In this document: positions 1 through 9,100 of the stretch, one piece after another
How the letters are laid out: each line of letters starts with the position of its first letter
Numbering within the stretch: position 1 is the stretch's first letter
Assembly (NCBI GenBank): GCA_043719295.1
Contig: JAYSUD010000005.1
Span: 98,077-162,076 of the forward strand
Length of the DNA stretch: 64,000 bases
Direction: 5' to 3'
DNA from: a bacterium
GTDB lineage: Bacteria > Patescibacteriota > Minisyncoccia > Phycocordibacterales > UBA918
Notes under the pieces: model-generated
Database searches by the model: none
The model's input: only the letters and a program-made list of their open reading frames with translations
What the model was told of the DNA's origin: nothing
Translations under genes and position numbers: made by a program

Positions 1-35
1 CTTACAAATGATATGACGTGATCCATACAAATACT

Positions 36-458
36 TCAATTACTTTCAACATACTTTTTAAAATTGTCTAAAATTGATTGCCAGCCATTTTTTTGCATCT
101 CAAGTGGATTTTCATCTTCAGGGTCAAAGGTTTCTGTAACAGTGGTTACATCACCTTCTTCTTCAAAAGAAATTACGACGGTTCTTCCTCCCTCAAGCGT
201 ATAGGAAATTTTCTCATTTGGAACAACTTCTGTGTAGACTCCATTAAAGTCGAACCCAGCACTGCCATCTTTTGCTTCCATTCTTGTCACAAATTTTCCT
301 CCAATTTTTAGGTCATTTTCTGCGTACGGTGCGTGCCAATCATCTGAAGCAAATACCCATTGTGTAATATGTGACGGCTCTGTCCAACATGACCAAACAC
401 TTCCAACTGGTGCATTGACTGTGATTTTTACCGTAATTTTTTCTTGCATGGTATGCAT
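36..458 (-). CDS. SRPBCC/AHSA1 (activator of Hsp90 ATPase-like, START/Bet v1 fold) domain protein
   Basis: 140-aa ORF; sequence pattern typical of the AHSA1/SRPBCC superfamily (ITQW..., GGKF, mixed beta-rich); terminal gene of the minus-strand block. Confidence 0.55.
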   Translation of the reverse strand: MHTMQEKITVKITVNAPVGSVWSCWTEPSHITQWVFASDDWHAPYAENDLKIGGKFVTRMEAKDGSAGFDFNGVYTEVVPNEKISYTLEGGRTVVISFEEEGDVTTVTETFDPEDENPLEMQKNGWQSILDNFKKYVESN

Positions 459-464
459 CTTAAT

Positions 465-992
465 TTATATAGCAACTTCGATAATCTCTCCATCTCCAAT
501 TGATGCTGGCAAAGGAATATTGAGATGTCGGAGAATCACTTTGATTGAGCCACCGTGACCGAGAATAATAATAGTTTGATTTGGCAAACTCGTGATATGT
601 AAAAATGTCTCTAATACTCGGTTAGTAAAATCGATCCACGACTCCCCTTCAGGGTCAGTATTTGTATAGTCTTTGTGAAGCTCTACCACTTCTGGATACT
701 TCGCTAGAGCTTCAGTTTTTGTAAGTCCACCAAGTACTCCATAATTTCGTTCACGTAAACCGTCAAGAACTTCAATCTGTGTTTTTAAAACAGTATTGAT
801 AATTTCTGAAGATTCTTGTGCGCGGATAAGCGAGCTTGAGAAAATTGCATCAACAGATACGCCTTCAAGTTTTTCTGCGGTTTCTTTAAGCTGTTGCACC
901 CCTTTCTCGGTGAGATGGTCATCATAAAATCCTCCATATCGGTCTTCAAGGTCACCAGTTGTTTCACCATGGCGGATGAGTAGGATTTTCAT
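465..992 (-). CDS. histidine phosphatase (phosphoglycerate mutase-like) family protein
   Basis: N-terminal LIRHGET catalytic RHG motif; 175 aa. Confidence 0.7.
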   Translation of the reverse strand: MKILLIRHGETTGDLEDRYGGFYDDHLTEKGVQQLKETAEKLEGVSVDAIFSSSLIRAQESSEIINTVLKTQIEVLDGLRERNYGVLGGLTKTEALAKYPEVVELHKDYTNTDPEGESWIDFTNRVLETFLHITSLPNQTIIILGHGGSIKVILRHLNIPLPASIGDGEIIEVAI

Positions 993-1332
993 ACATAATT
1001 ATATTAGCACGGGTTCTAAGACGGGAATCTCTTTCCCTACGGGAATGGTATGCCTTTTGGATGGATTGGTACGCTTCGCTTCCAATCCATCACAAAAGCC
1101 TTTCGAGTCCCTTTTTGGATGTGTCCGACACATCCAAAACTCTCGCTCGTAACATAAAATGGCCGTTGCTGTGGCAACGACCATTTTATTAACTGGTCAC
1201 GAGTTACTAACTATAATTGTTCGCTTCGCTCCAATTCAAGTAAGTACTCTCGACCCCGCCTCGACTGTCGCAAGCGACATGTCTATGGCTCGCAGTTAGG
1301 CACGGAAGCAAAGCAGTTTGCTTCCTAAAAAG

Positions 1333-1366
1333 AAAAACACAGTCTGACGAATGTGTTTTTCTTTTT
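1333..1366. terminator. rho-independent terminator hairpin (AAAAACACA...TGTGTTTTT) downstream of tRNA-Asp
   Basis: perfect 9-bp stem flanked by an A-run and a T-run, 10 nt from the tRNA 3' end. Confidence 0.6.
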
Positions 1367-1375
1367 ACCTAACTG

Positions 1376-1688
1376 CGCGAGAGACGGGACTCGAACCCGC
1401 AACCTCTGCCGTGCACTGAATTCATTATTTTCATAATGGCGTGGACTATATCTTTACCATGAGTCTTTCGACTGTTAGGTACCCCGGTATCTAGTCTCTA
1501 CGGCGCCCCCATACTATGTGTTTTTGTATATGGGGTTCCCTCGGTATTCGCATATCTAGTAGTGCTTATTGGGCACTATTTCAAACGACTTAGCCTTCAC
1601 CGATATCCCGGAGAGTTTCAATCCTAACTTTCGAAAGGAAAGCTGCACGTCTACAGGGCAGCGCTCTAACCAATTGAGCTACTCCCGC
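1376..1688 (-). tRNA. tRNA-Asp(GUC) interrupted by a ~239-nt group I-like intron in the anticodon loop
   Basis: 5' half (1653-1688; acceptor GCGGGAG, D-arm GCTC-AATTGGTTA-GAGC, anticodon stem CTGCC) and 3' half (1376-1413; GGCAG, variable AGGTT, T-arm GCGGG-TTCGAGT-CCCGT, acceptor CTCTCGC, discriminator G) are both canonical; splicing at 35/36 gives loop CTGTCAC and a T-arm identical to bacterial tRNA-Asp; 5' exon ends in U and intron ends in G; alternative junction 33/34 would give UGC. Confidence 0.6.
1414..1652 (-). other. putative group I intron (no internal ORF) inside tRNA-Asp
   Basis: 239-nt intervening sequence between canonical tRNA halves; boundaries U|...G| fit group I rules; size matches known tRNA group I introns. 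Confidence 0.45.
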
Positions 1689-2343
1689 AGTTCTTTATAA
1701 ACTCCTCAAAGACGACTTTTTTACGTCGTAAATGGAGTTTGTGAGGAACAGTATACATGATTTTATAAAGTTTCAAAGCGTCTTTAGTTGAGAGGATGAG
1801 TCGTGAATAATTAGCCATCTTTGGCGTATATATTCCCCCACCAATAATACCTCTTGATTGCAACACCATTCGCAAGGATAACAGATACTCGAGTGAACCC
1901 GAGGTGAATATCGATTGCAGTACTTTTGTTGGACTTTTTCGTTGCCTGTTAATAATTCCACTCCAGACATTACCGTCTCCATCAAAATAACCGCGCACAA
2001 AATCTCCAAAAAAATATTCTGGGACCTGCGGCAATTGCATACGCTTAGTTTTATTTGGGAATAAACCAATCTCACCTAAATCATAGAACCACTCCTTACT
2101 TCCAATTTGAATTCTGTATACACATCCAGTTAAGGACTTACGTCCTGAAAGTTTGTGATCAGACTGAAAACACTTTCTCATTGCAACTAATATATCTTTA
2201 TCTGCTGAATATACTGCGACAAAATGAGTGCCTCGCTTTGATTTGACTATATTCCCATCAGCATACATAAACCCTAAAATATAGGCCATGTCGGAAGACC
2301 AAATTTTAAAGAAATCTTTGTTGTATGTTTTAGATATTGGCAT
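1666..2343 (-). CDS. LAGLIDADG homing endonuclease (two-motif, single-chain)
   Basis: two LAGLIDADG-type motifs (LGFMYADGNI and RGYFDGDGNV); its 3' end overlaps tRNA-Asp exon 1 by 23 nt. Confidence 0.8.
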   Translation of the reverse strand: MPISKTYNKDFFKIWSSDMAYILGFMYADGNIVKSKRGTHFVAVYSADKDILVAMRKCFQSDHKLSGRKSLTGCVYRIQIGSKEWFYDLGEIGLFPNKTKRMQLPQVPEYFFGDFVRGYFDGDGNVWSGIINRQRKSPTKVLQSIFTSGSLEYLLSLRMVLQSRGIIGGGIYTPKMANYSRLILSTKDALKLYKIMYTVPHKLHLRRKKVVFEEFIKNCGSSSIG

Positions 2344-2395
2344 CGTGACAGTATATTATACTATACACAACGTGGCAGTTTTATGCATACTACAT

Positions 2396-3409
2396 TTATC
2401 TTCCTAAATGCTTTAATACTTTAAGATACAAATCCTCGACAATTTTTTCTTGTTCTTTTCCCATTTTTGAATAGTGATCTAAACCAGGCGCGGCATTAAT
2501 TTCAATAATCTTAAAGTTATCAATCTGTTGTTTTGTGATATCACCTTGTACTAAAATATCTACTCCGCATAAACGAAGTCCCATGTCTTTTGTAAGTGTA
2601 ATCGCTATCTTTTTAAATGAACTGTGGAGGGCTTTTGTTACATCAACTGATATGCCTCCGGTTGAAAGGTTTGCATTATCAAGTAAAGATACTGCTGTAC
2701 CTTTGGGTAACACAGAAGACGAGTCAAGCTTTAGTCGCTTAAGTTTTTGCAAAATTCGTGCATCGTTTGTTTTTATAACAGTATTGCGTTCTGCTTTTTC
2801 AAATGCTCTTTGTTTTTTTTCTAAAAGCTCAAAGATAGATGACTTTCCATCACCAACAATTGAAAGCGGAATCCGTCTGTATGCAGAAATAATTTCAGTA
2901 TCAAGAACTACAATCCGATAGTCGTCGCCTTGTATGTATGACTGTACCTGTACGAGATTATCAAAGGTAAAAATTTTAGTCACAGCTCCATAAAATTCTT
3001 TTTTGGTATGCACGAGCGTAACCCCAGAACCCTGACTTCCACTATTGGGTTTTACAATAACCGGAAAGCCAATCTTAACCGCATGCCTATACGCTGCATC
3101 AATATCTTCTTTCGGTGCACCGATAGTAACTCCCCAATGTTTTGAGAAAAATACCTTACTGTTTGGGATAACGGGGTACCCCAATGACTTCATAAAGAAG
3201 GTTGCATAGTCTTTGTCTTTTGCAATATCAGATGCCCCAACTGGATTAAGATCAAGCGTGTTAAAGCGGAAGTAGGAACGCTTTCCATTTTTAAAAGTGA
3301 TCTGTCCCGCAATTCTCCATGTAGGTTCTAAAAGAACCGATGCGCCAATAGAGGGAGCAATTTTTTTGATAATGCTCCCCAAAATAAATGATTCCCGTTT
3401 CTTTTTCAT
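2396..3409 (-). CDS. ATP-grasp ligase (RimK/glutathione-synthetase/cyanophycin-synthetase-like)
   Basis: ATP-grasp signature region (VIVKPNSGSQGSGV, EINAAPG) in a 337-aa ORF. Confidence 0.6.
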   Translation of the reverse strand: MKKKRESFILGSIIKKIAPSIGASVLLEPTWRIAGQITFKNGKRSYFRFNTLDLNPVGASDIAKDKDYATFFMKSLGYPVIPNSKVFFSKHWGVTIGAPKEDIDAAYRHAVKIGFPVIVKPNSGSQGSGVTLVHTKKEFYGAVTKIFTFDNLVQVQSYIQGDDYRIVVLDTEIISAYRRIPLSIVGDGKSSIFELLEKKQRAFEKAERNTVIKTNDARILQKLKRLKLDSSSVLPKGTAVSLLDNANLSTGGISVDVTKALHSSFKKIAITLTKDMGLRLCGVDILVQGDITKQQIDNFKIIEINAAPGLDHYSKMGKEQEKIVEDLYLKVLKHLGR

Positions 3410-3498
3410 AGCCGGATTACTGTAGCATTATTATTAGAATTTAAAAAAGTCTTCAATCCTTGACGTACTCTTCCCCGGAGAGCACTTCATCGACAGAC

Positions 3499-3525
3499 GA
3501 AAACCGCCAGAGGCGGTTTTCTTTT
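3499..3525. terminator. rho-independent terminator (AAAACCGCC-AGA-GGCGGTTTT) downstream of tRNA-Met
   Basis: 9-bp GC-rich stem followed by a T-run. Confidence 0.6.
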
Positions 3526-3526
3526 G

Positions 3527-3599
3527 TGTCGACGACAAGAATTGAACTTGTGACCTTTTCTTTATGAGTGAAATGCTCTACCAACTGAGCTACGCCGAC
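3527..3599 (-). tRNA. tRNA-Met(CAU), elongator-type (could alternatively be a lysidine tRNA-Ile2)
   Basis: hand-folded cloverleaf: acceptor GTCGGCG/CGTCGAC, D-arm GCTC-AGTTGGTA-GAGC, anticodon loop CTCATAA, T-arm ACAAG-TTCAATT-CTTGT, discriminator A. Confidence 0.75.
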
Positions 3600-3600
3600 A

Positions 3601-4272
3601 TTATTTACTTGCTTGTATGAGACCTAAAATTTTGTACCTCAATGTTGTACCACGAGCTACTCGTAATGCCAACACGCCGTAATAGGAATCATGATTTTCA
3701 TATATCTTTTTCGGACGGCCTTTGAGGAAAATAACTTTGTTAAATTGCTCTTTCGGGATTGATAGAAAATTAGACCAGAAAGTCATAATGACGCATTCAC
3801 GAGGTTTATGTATCTCTGATACATAAATATATGGTCGAAAATCAGACCTTTGCACCCCTAGTTGCTCAAACCAATTCCGAGCAAAAAGTATAACTGAAGG
3901 GTCAGAATTAACAAGAGCAGTACCACTCCCTCCTGCTTTAACACCCTCACCCCAGTACAACCCAATACCTAACATCAGTCTGTCACGTTTCGTCATTTTT
4001 CCAATTATAGCCTTTGCTTTATGCTCTTGTTCTAGGATATTTTCAATCTTTTTACGTCTATTTGATTCTGCTCCCATCATTCTACCTCTGTTTCCAGCTT
4101 TAATTTGTTGCAGTGTAAGTATTTCTCTTTGCGAATCAGAAAGCACTAAATCTCTACACCAAATACTCACTGAACTACTGGATACCCTAAGTCTCTTAGC
4201 TATCGCTTTAATACTCAGCCCATCAGTACGTAGATTTCTTGCAAGTAGTTTTTCTACACTTTTAGCCATCAA
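3601..4272 (-). CDS. HTH + degenerate LAGLIDADG-like (LYWGEG) homing-endonuclease-related protein
   Basis: N-terminal HTH (LSIKAIAKRLRVSSSSVSIW); C-terminal GIGLYWGEGvK...TALVNSD...ILFARNWFEQLGV parallels the I-CreI-type LAGLIDADG alpha-beta-beta-alpha core; stop codon abuts the tRNA-Met 5' end with a 1-nt gap; paralog at 46912-47569. Confidence 0.5.
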   Translation of the reverse strand: MMAKSVEKLLARNLRTDGLSIKAIAKRLRVSSSSVSIWCRDLVLSDSQREILTLQQIKAGNRGRMMGAESNRRKKIENILEQEHKAKAIIGKMTKRDRLMLGIGLYWGEGVKAGGSGTALVNSDPSVILFARNWFEQLGVQRSDFRPYIYVSEIHKPRECVIMTFWSNFLSIPKEQFNKVIFLKGRPKKIYENHDSYYGVLALRVARGTTLRYKILGLIQASK

Positions 4273-4366
4273 CTTACATTATACACTAAGGTTGGTTCAT
4301 TTATGCGTCAATACGTGGAGAACTTTATTGCAGGACAATCATTATCATCAATGTTGAGTCCCGTGT

Positions 4367-5047
4367 TTATTCTGGACACAGTACAGCTTCAGCTTCTTTA
4401 ATATGCTCTGGGTATCCGATAGGAAGCCATTTAGTTTGTTCAATAACCATCAAACGGTTGTCTTGCGTATAGGCAGTAAGCATATCTGTTGCATACAATT
4501 CTCCTGAAGGACTTACTGTAACGGTGTAGTTAAAAATTGACTGATCAGCAACAAATACTCCAGTATTAATCAGGTTTGATGGAGGAACTTCAGGTTTCTC
4601 AAGTATCTCTTTGAGTGTTCCGTCTTCATTAAGCACAAAGACACCAAACCGTTCGGGAGTATCACTGTGCGTACTTAAAATTGCATGGTCGTGACTTACA
4701 ATTTCCTGGAGCGCTTCTTTACCATGGATATCGTCAGCAAACATAAAAAGAAACTTCCCTGTTACAAGATTTTTTGCACACATAAGAGCATCTCCAGTTC
4801 CCCCAGCACAATTTTCTTGGGTCACGTAGGTTACTTTCTTCCCAAGATATTCTGCCCCACAAAAAGTTTCAATTTGTTCTTTTTTATACCCTACAACTAA
4901 AATGAGTTCATCAATGCAAGACGGCAAAGCTTCAACCACGTGTTGCAAAATTGGTTTTCCACAAACAGGTATAAGCGGTTTTGGAATAGTATCGGTAAGT
5001 GGCCGCATACGCGTACCCTTCCCTGCACAGATAATAACGCATTGCAT
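4367..5047 (-). CDS. sugar-phosphate nucleotidyltransferase (GlmU-N/RmlA-like)
   Basis: N-terminal ICAGKGTRMRPLT nucleotidyltransferase motif. Confidence 0.7.
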   Translation of the reverse strand: MQCVIICAGKGTRMRPLTDTIPKPLIPVCGKPILQHVVEALPSCIDELILVVGYKKEQIETFCGAEYLGKKVTYVTQENCAGGTGDALMCAKNLVTGKFLFMFADDIHGKEALQEIVSHDHAILSTHSDTPERFGVFVLNEDGTLKEILEKPEVPPSNLINTGVFVADQSIFNYTVTVSPSGELYATDMLTAYTQDNRLMVIEQTKWLPIGYPEHIKEAEAVLCPE

Positions 5048-5058
5048 GGTAGGAATGT

Positions 5059-5757
5059 TTAGATTTCTTGATGCCGCGCTTCTTCAACGATAAACCGCGC
5101 ATTTGCATTTTCCACATCTGCAACTGTTGCAATAGGAATCCATCGATTTTGTTCAACAATCGCAATTGGATACTTCTGTGCATATCGTTCAATAACTTCA
5201 GTAAGGTAAAATTCTTCTTTAACCGGTGTCTCTGGATTGAACTCAAAGATGTGATGATCAAGAACCATCGCTCCCGTTGAAGCACAGTTACTTGGTGGGT
5301 GTTCTGGTTTTTCTATCATAAGCCCAAGTGTTCCATCTGGATTTCGAACAACAATTCCAAACTTTTCAGGATTATCAACTGAGGCAACAAGTAATGAGCG
5401 TGTGTATGAAGTTGCGCGCGCAAGATCTTCTTTCCCGTGAATATCGTCAGCAAACAGGAACAAGAAACGTCCCGTGATTAGGTCCTTACAAAGCCAAAGA
5501 GCTTTTGCAGTACCATTTTGTTCTTCTTGAACAATATACGTAACTTTTTTGCCATGAAACACAGGACCGCAGTATTCTTGAATCATGTGTCCTAAGTAGC
5601 CCGTAACAATAACAAGTTCATCAACTGAACTCGGAAGTGCCTCGACAATATGGTCGAGCAATGTTTTACCTCCCACTTGCACAAGTGGTTTTGGTAGGTT
5701 TTCTGTTAATGGCCGTAGCCGTGTTCCTTTCCCTGCAGCTAAAATTACGCATTGCAT
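5059..5757 (-). CDS. sugar-phosphate nucleotidyltransferase, tandem paralog
   Basis: ILAAGKGTRLRPLT motif; start moved to MQCVILAAGKG by alignment with the paralog. Confidence 0.7.
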   Translation of the reverse strand: MQCVILAAGKGTRLRPLTENLPKPLVQVGGKTLLDHIVEALPSSVDELVIVTGYLGHMIQEYCGPVFHGKKVTYIVQEEQNGTAKALWLCKDLITGRFLFLFADDIHGKEDLARATSYTRSLLVASVDNPEKFGIVVRNPDGTLGLMIEKPEHPPSNCASTGAMVLDHHIFEFNPETPVKEEFYLTEVIERYAQKYPIAIVEQNRWIPIATVADVENANARFIVEEARHQEI

Positions 5758-5995
5758 ATAATTACATTTATAACACACTTTTCAGATTATGCAACAATTA
5801 CCGTGAGTCAATTAGACATCTCGAATTTTAAGTGGTATTCTCTTTGTGCACTATTGAATATAGCGGGGTGAGAAAGCGAATACATGGAGCTTTCGTAAGA
5901 CTTTGACTGCTATTTTAAAAGGCTTGACCGAATTAAAATAGCGGCAAAGTGTAAAGATCCTGTAAGGATGAGGAGTGATGGGAGTATAATAATAT

Positions 5996-6066
5996 AGCGG
6001 GGTAGAGGAGTGGTACCTCGGGAGGCTCATAACCTCCAGACCCCGGTTCGAGTCCGGGCCCCGCAA
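5996..6066 (+). tRNA. tRNA-Met(CAU), initiator-like
   Basis: anticodon loop CTCATAA; 1:72 mismatch (A:A) and A11:U24, both initiator hallmarks; T-arm CCCGG-TTCGAGT-CCGGG. Confidence 0.65.
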
Positions 6067-6075
6067 CAAACATAT

Positions 6076-6101
6076 AAAAACACCTCTTGTGAGGTGCTTT
6101 T
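6076..6101. terminator. bidirectional rho-independent terminator (CACCTC-TTGT-GAGGTG)
   Basis: hairpin with an A-run upstream and a T-run downstream, between the tRNA (+) and the 3' end of the large minus-strand gene. Confidence 0.6.
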
Positions 6102-6107
6102 ATATAT

Positions 6108-9100
6108 TTACGGTACTTTCTTTAAGGCAGCTAACTTCGCTTGTAGTTCAGCGAGTAATGTAAGTAACTGCAATATTTTTGCCTGTAACACAAAGTTTGT
6201 TGAAGCCTGTGGAATAATAGAAGAAGATCCCTGCCCAGTTACTCTAGAACAATATACTTCGTTTAATTTAAGTCTCGTCTGTGGACCGACATTTCCGTAC
6301 CCGGTTGTTTGTGGAGTACCTGAAGTGATTATTCCGTACTTCAACTGAAAACGTTCAATTGCTTTTTGTGTCAGTAAACCATAAAAACCAGTGACTTCTT
6401 TTTCTGGATAAACTGCCGAATCAGTCCCAAGCATACGTTGTAGTTGTGAGACAGATGCTCCAGACATACCATAAGAAAGCGATGTAGTAAGTAGACACGA
6501 AGTGTTTAGAGGGATTGGAGTAATACTACGCACTGGCGTTATTGGCTTTATTATAGCAACAGCAGGAATAACTAATGGAGAACTAACAGATGTTGTGGCG
6601 ACAGTTTTCTTTTTACTGCTACTTCCCCCTCCACCACTACTTCCACCCCCACTTGATGCAGCTGCGGTTGTGGTAAACGTTTGATCTGAAGACATTTGTA
6701 GATTATTCGCAGCATCTCTTGAACGCACTCTAAAGTGGTACAGGGTGCTAGCAGTCAAACCACTAAGTGTCACAGTGTGACTTGTTACATCTGCAGTATC
6801 GAGCGTTGTAGATGCACTATAAGAAGACGATAAACCATAATTAATCTGACTGTCTCCGGCTTCATTAGTTGTCCAGGTTATTGTGGCACTTGTGTTCCCT
6901 GTTGATGAGGCGATGGCAGAGAGTATTGGGGAGGTATTATCGACTGTTACCACAAGAGTACTTGAAGTTGCATAATTATTTAATGTATCTCGCACGACTG
7001 CAAGAAGTGAGACTGAACCGTCTGTAAAAAGTGAGGTGTTTGCAAGGGTTGTGTAGGGAGCACTCGTATCTTCACTTCCAATATTTGTTCCATTAATTTT
7101 AAATTGAACTCCAGCTACTCCGATATTATCAGAAGCAGTTGCAGAAATAACGCTTGCTAACCCAGAGATGGTTGCACCTCCAGATGGACTTGTAATGGAT
7201 ACTGTTGGACTTGTTATATCAGCGACTGCAGTTGTTCTCATTGTGGTATCTCCAGAGAAAGTCACATTACCTGAGCTGTCTGCTGTTCTAATGCGGAAAT
7301 GGTATAGCGTACTTGGACTTAGGCTATTTATGACAACACTATGTGAAGTTACTAAAGAGGCATCAAGTGTCGTTGTGGCTCCGTATGCAGTTGTGGGGCC
7401 ATATGAAACCTGTGAGTTAGCTGCTTCATTAGTTGTCCAGGTTATTGTGGCACTTATGTTCCCTGTTGTGGAAGCAATTGCTGTAATAAGAGGAGCGGTT
7501 ATATCAGCACTACTTAGACGCTCGTACACTCCAAGGTCATACCGAGCACTCTGCGGTCGAGTCACCCCAATATAGTCATTTGTTACAAGGGCCGTGGTAG
7601 TACCGATATCAATTGCCGGTGAAGTTGTTGCCAGCAAAAAATTGAGTGCGGAAGCAAGAATAAATTGTGGATCTACACTGATAGAGTTAGCTTCGAGCGC
7701 CGGGTAGGCCACTCTAAAATTAGCGAGGTTAGTATAAAATGTACCTGAAGTCACTCCCCAATGGAACATGTTTGTCACAGTCGGCTGTGTTGAATAATAT
7801 AAGTTATAGTCAGCAATAGTTGACGTTGCAGCTTGTCCCGTCACACGCAATCCTGATACATCATTTGCCTGGTAGATGATGTTGTTTTTGATTATTGTAT
7901 CGTATGCCTGATCTAGAACTGAAATACCTCCATGGTTACCAACAACTGATGTAGCAGAATTATAAATAACATTATTGAGTATTTGGTTTCCATATACCGA
8001 CGTCTCAACAGCATCAATGGTGTTTGATTGCACCACAATTGATGCGCCATACATATCAAAGAAAATATTATTACGTATGATGTTGAAGTCTGAACCTCGA
8101 GAAACATGAAATCCAGTTCCACCAACTCCGTTAGCACGAAATGTTAATCCACAGCTATTTTGTTCAAGAATATTATTGTCACTTAATGATCCGACATACA
8201 CACAAGAATCTCGTAAGTTATAAAATGTATTACGACGAATAGTATTGTTGTCATTCCCAACATACCCACACCCTCCGTCCCCACACAAGTTAATACCATT
8301 ACCTGCAGCTACTCCCAAACCAGTAATTGTATTATCAACAACGATATTATTGTCACTACCGTTTTCAAAGCGCAGACCACCACCAAAGTCACGTTGGTTA
8401 CGTAGGAGCTGGTTGTTGCTTATAGTACTTGAAGACGCACGATGCAAGTACACACCACTCCCAAAATTGTCAACAATATCTGCATTTTGTACAGTGATGT
8501 TTGAAGAAGTTGCGATGACGTATGCACCATCAAGACCCCCGGCACCGTCGTTGTACTTGACCGCAATATCATCAAATACCAAATATTGCTTATTTACGAT
8601 TAAGAAACCTTCATTCCAAAATGGAATATCAATTGTCTTGGTACTAGGATTACTACTATCACTGGTTCGAATATATAAGATATCACCAACGCTATCGTAG
8701 TAGTACATGCCGGCAGTTAACGAAGTGGGCGAACTTCCCGTAGCCATACGAGCATTATTTTCAAAAATATTGTTAGGATCACCAGTTACGTTAATCATTT
8801 TGTACGTATTGGAAGGACCCGCTGCCACAAACGCACCAATGGAACTTGTTGCAACTCTGACATCGTCAATATACAACGTTGAGCCAGCTGCTGCTACAGC
8901 CGTACCCGAAGTACCACCTCCCCATTCAGCACGCCCAATTGTTGTGGTACTCGTATTGTAGGTAAACACTGAACCGGTACTTGAGCTATTAAGCCACATC
9001 TGTGCGCCACCGGTTACCGCATCGCCACCTTTATAACGGTACTCAAGGAGATACCACGTATCAGGAACAATTGAACCAGCAACAGTTGTACCGAAAATGC

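Noticed and set aside
999-1330. Candidate known ncRNA (SRP RNA, 6S, RNase P) in the hairpin-rich spacer downstream of tRNA-Asp
   Set aside because: Conserved cores such as the SRP GGAAGCAGCC domain IV or the RNase P GGAAAGUCCGG motif were not found. It is retained only as an unclassified structured region containing the TTCGCTTCGCTC boxes.
1376-1688. Reading the split tRNA as tRNA-Tyr(GUA) with the junction after position 38
   Set aside because: That junction puts A at the end of the 5' exon and C at the end of the intron, which breaks group I rules. The variable arm is short and the T-arm and loop match tRNA-Asp when the junction is at 35/36. A BHB (archaeal-type) intron is also rejected because the organism is bacterial.
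6010-6348. 112-aa plus-strand ORF
   Set aside because: It overlaps tRNA-fMet, the terminator and the 3' end of the large minus-strand gene. It has no RBS or family signal.
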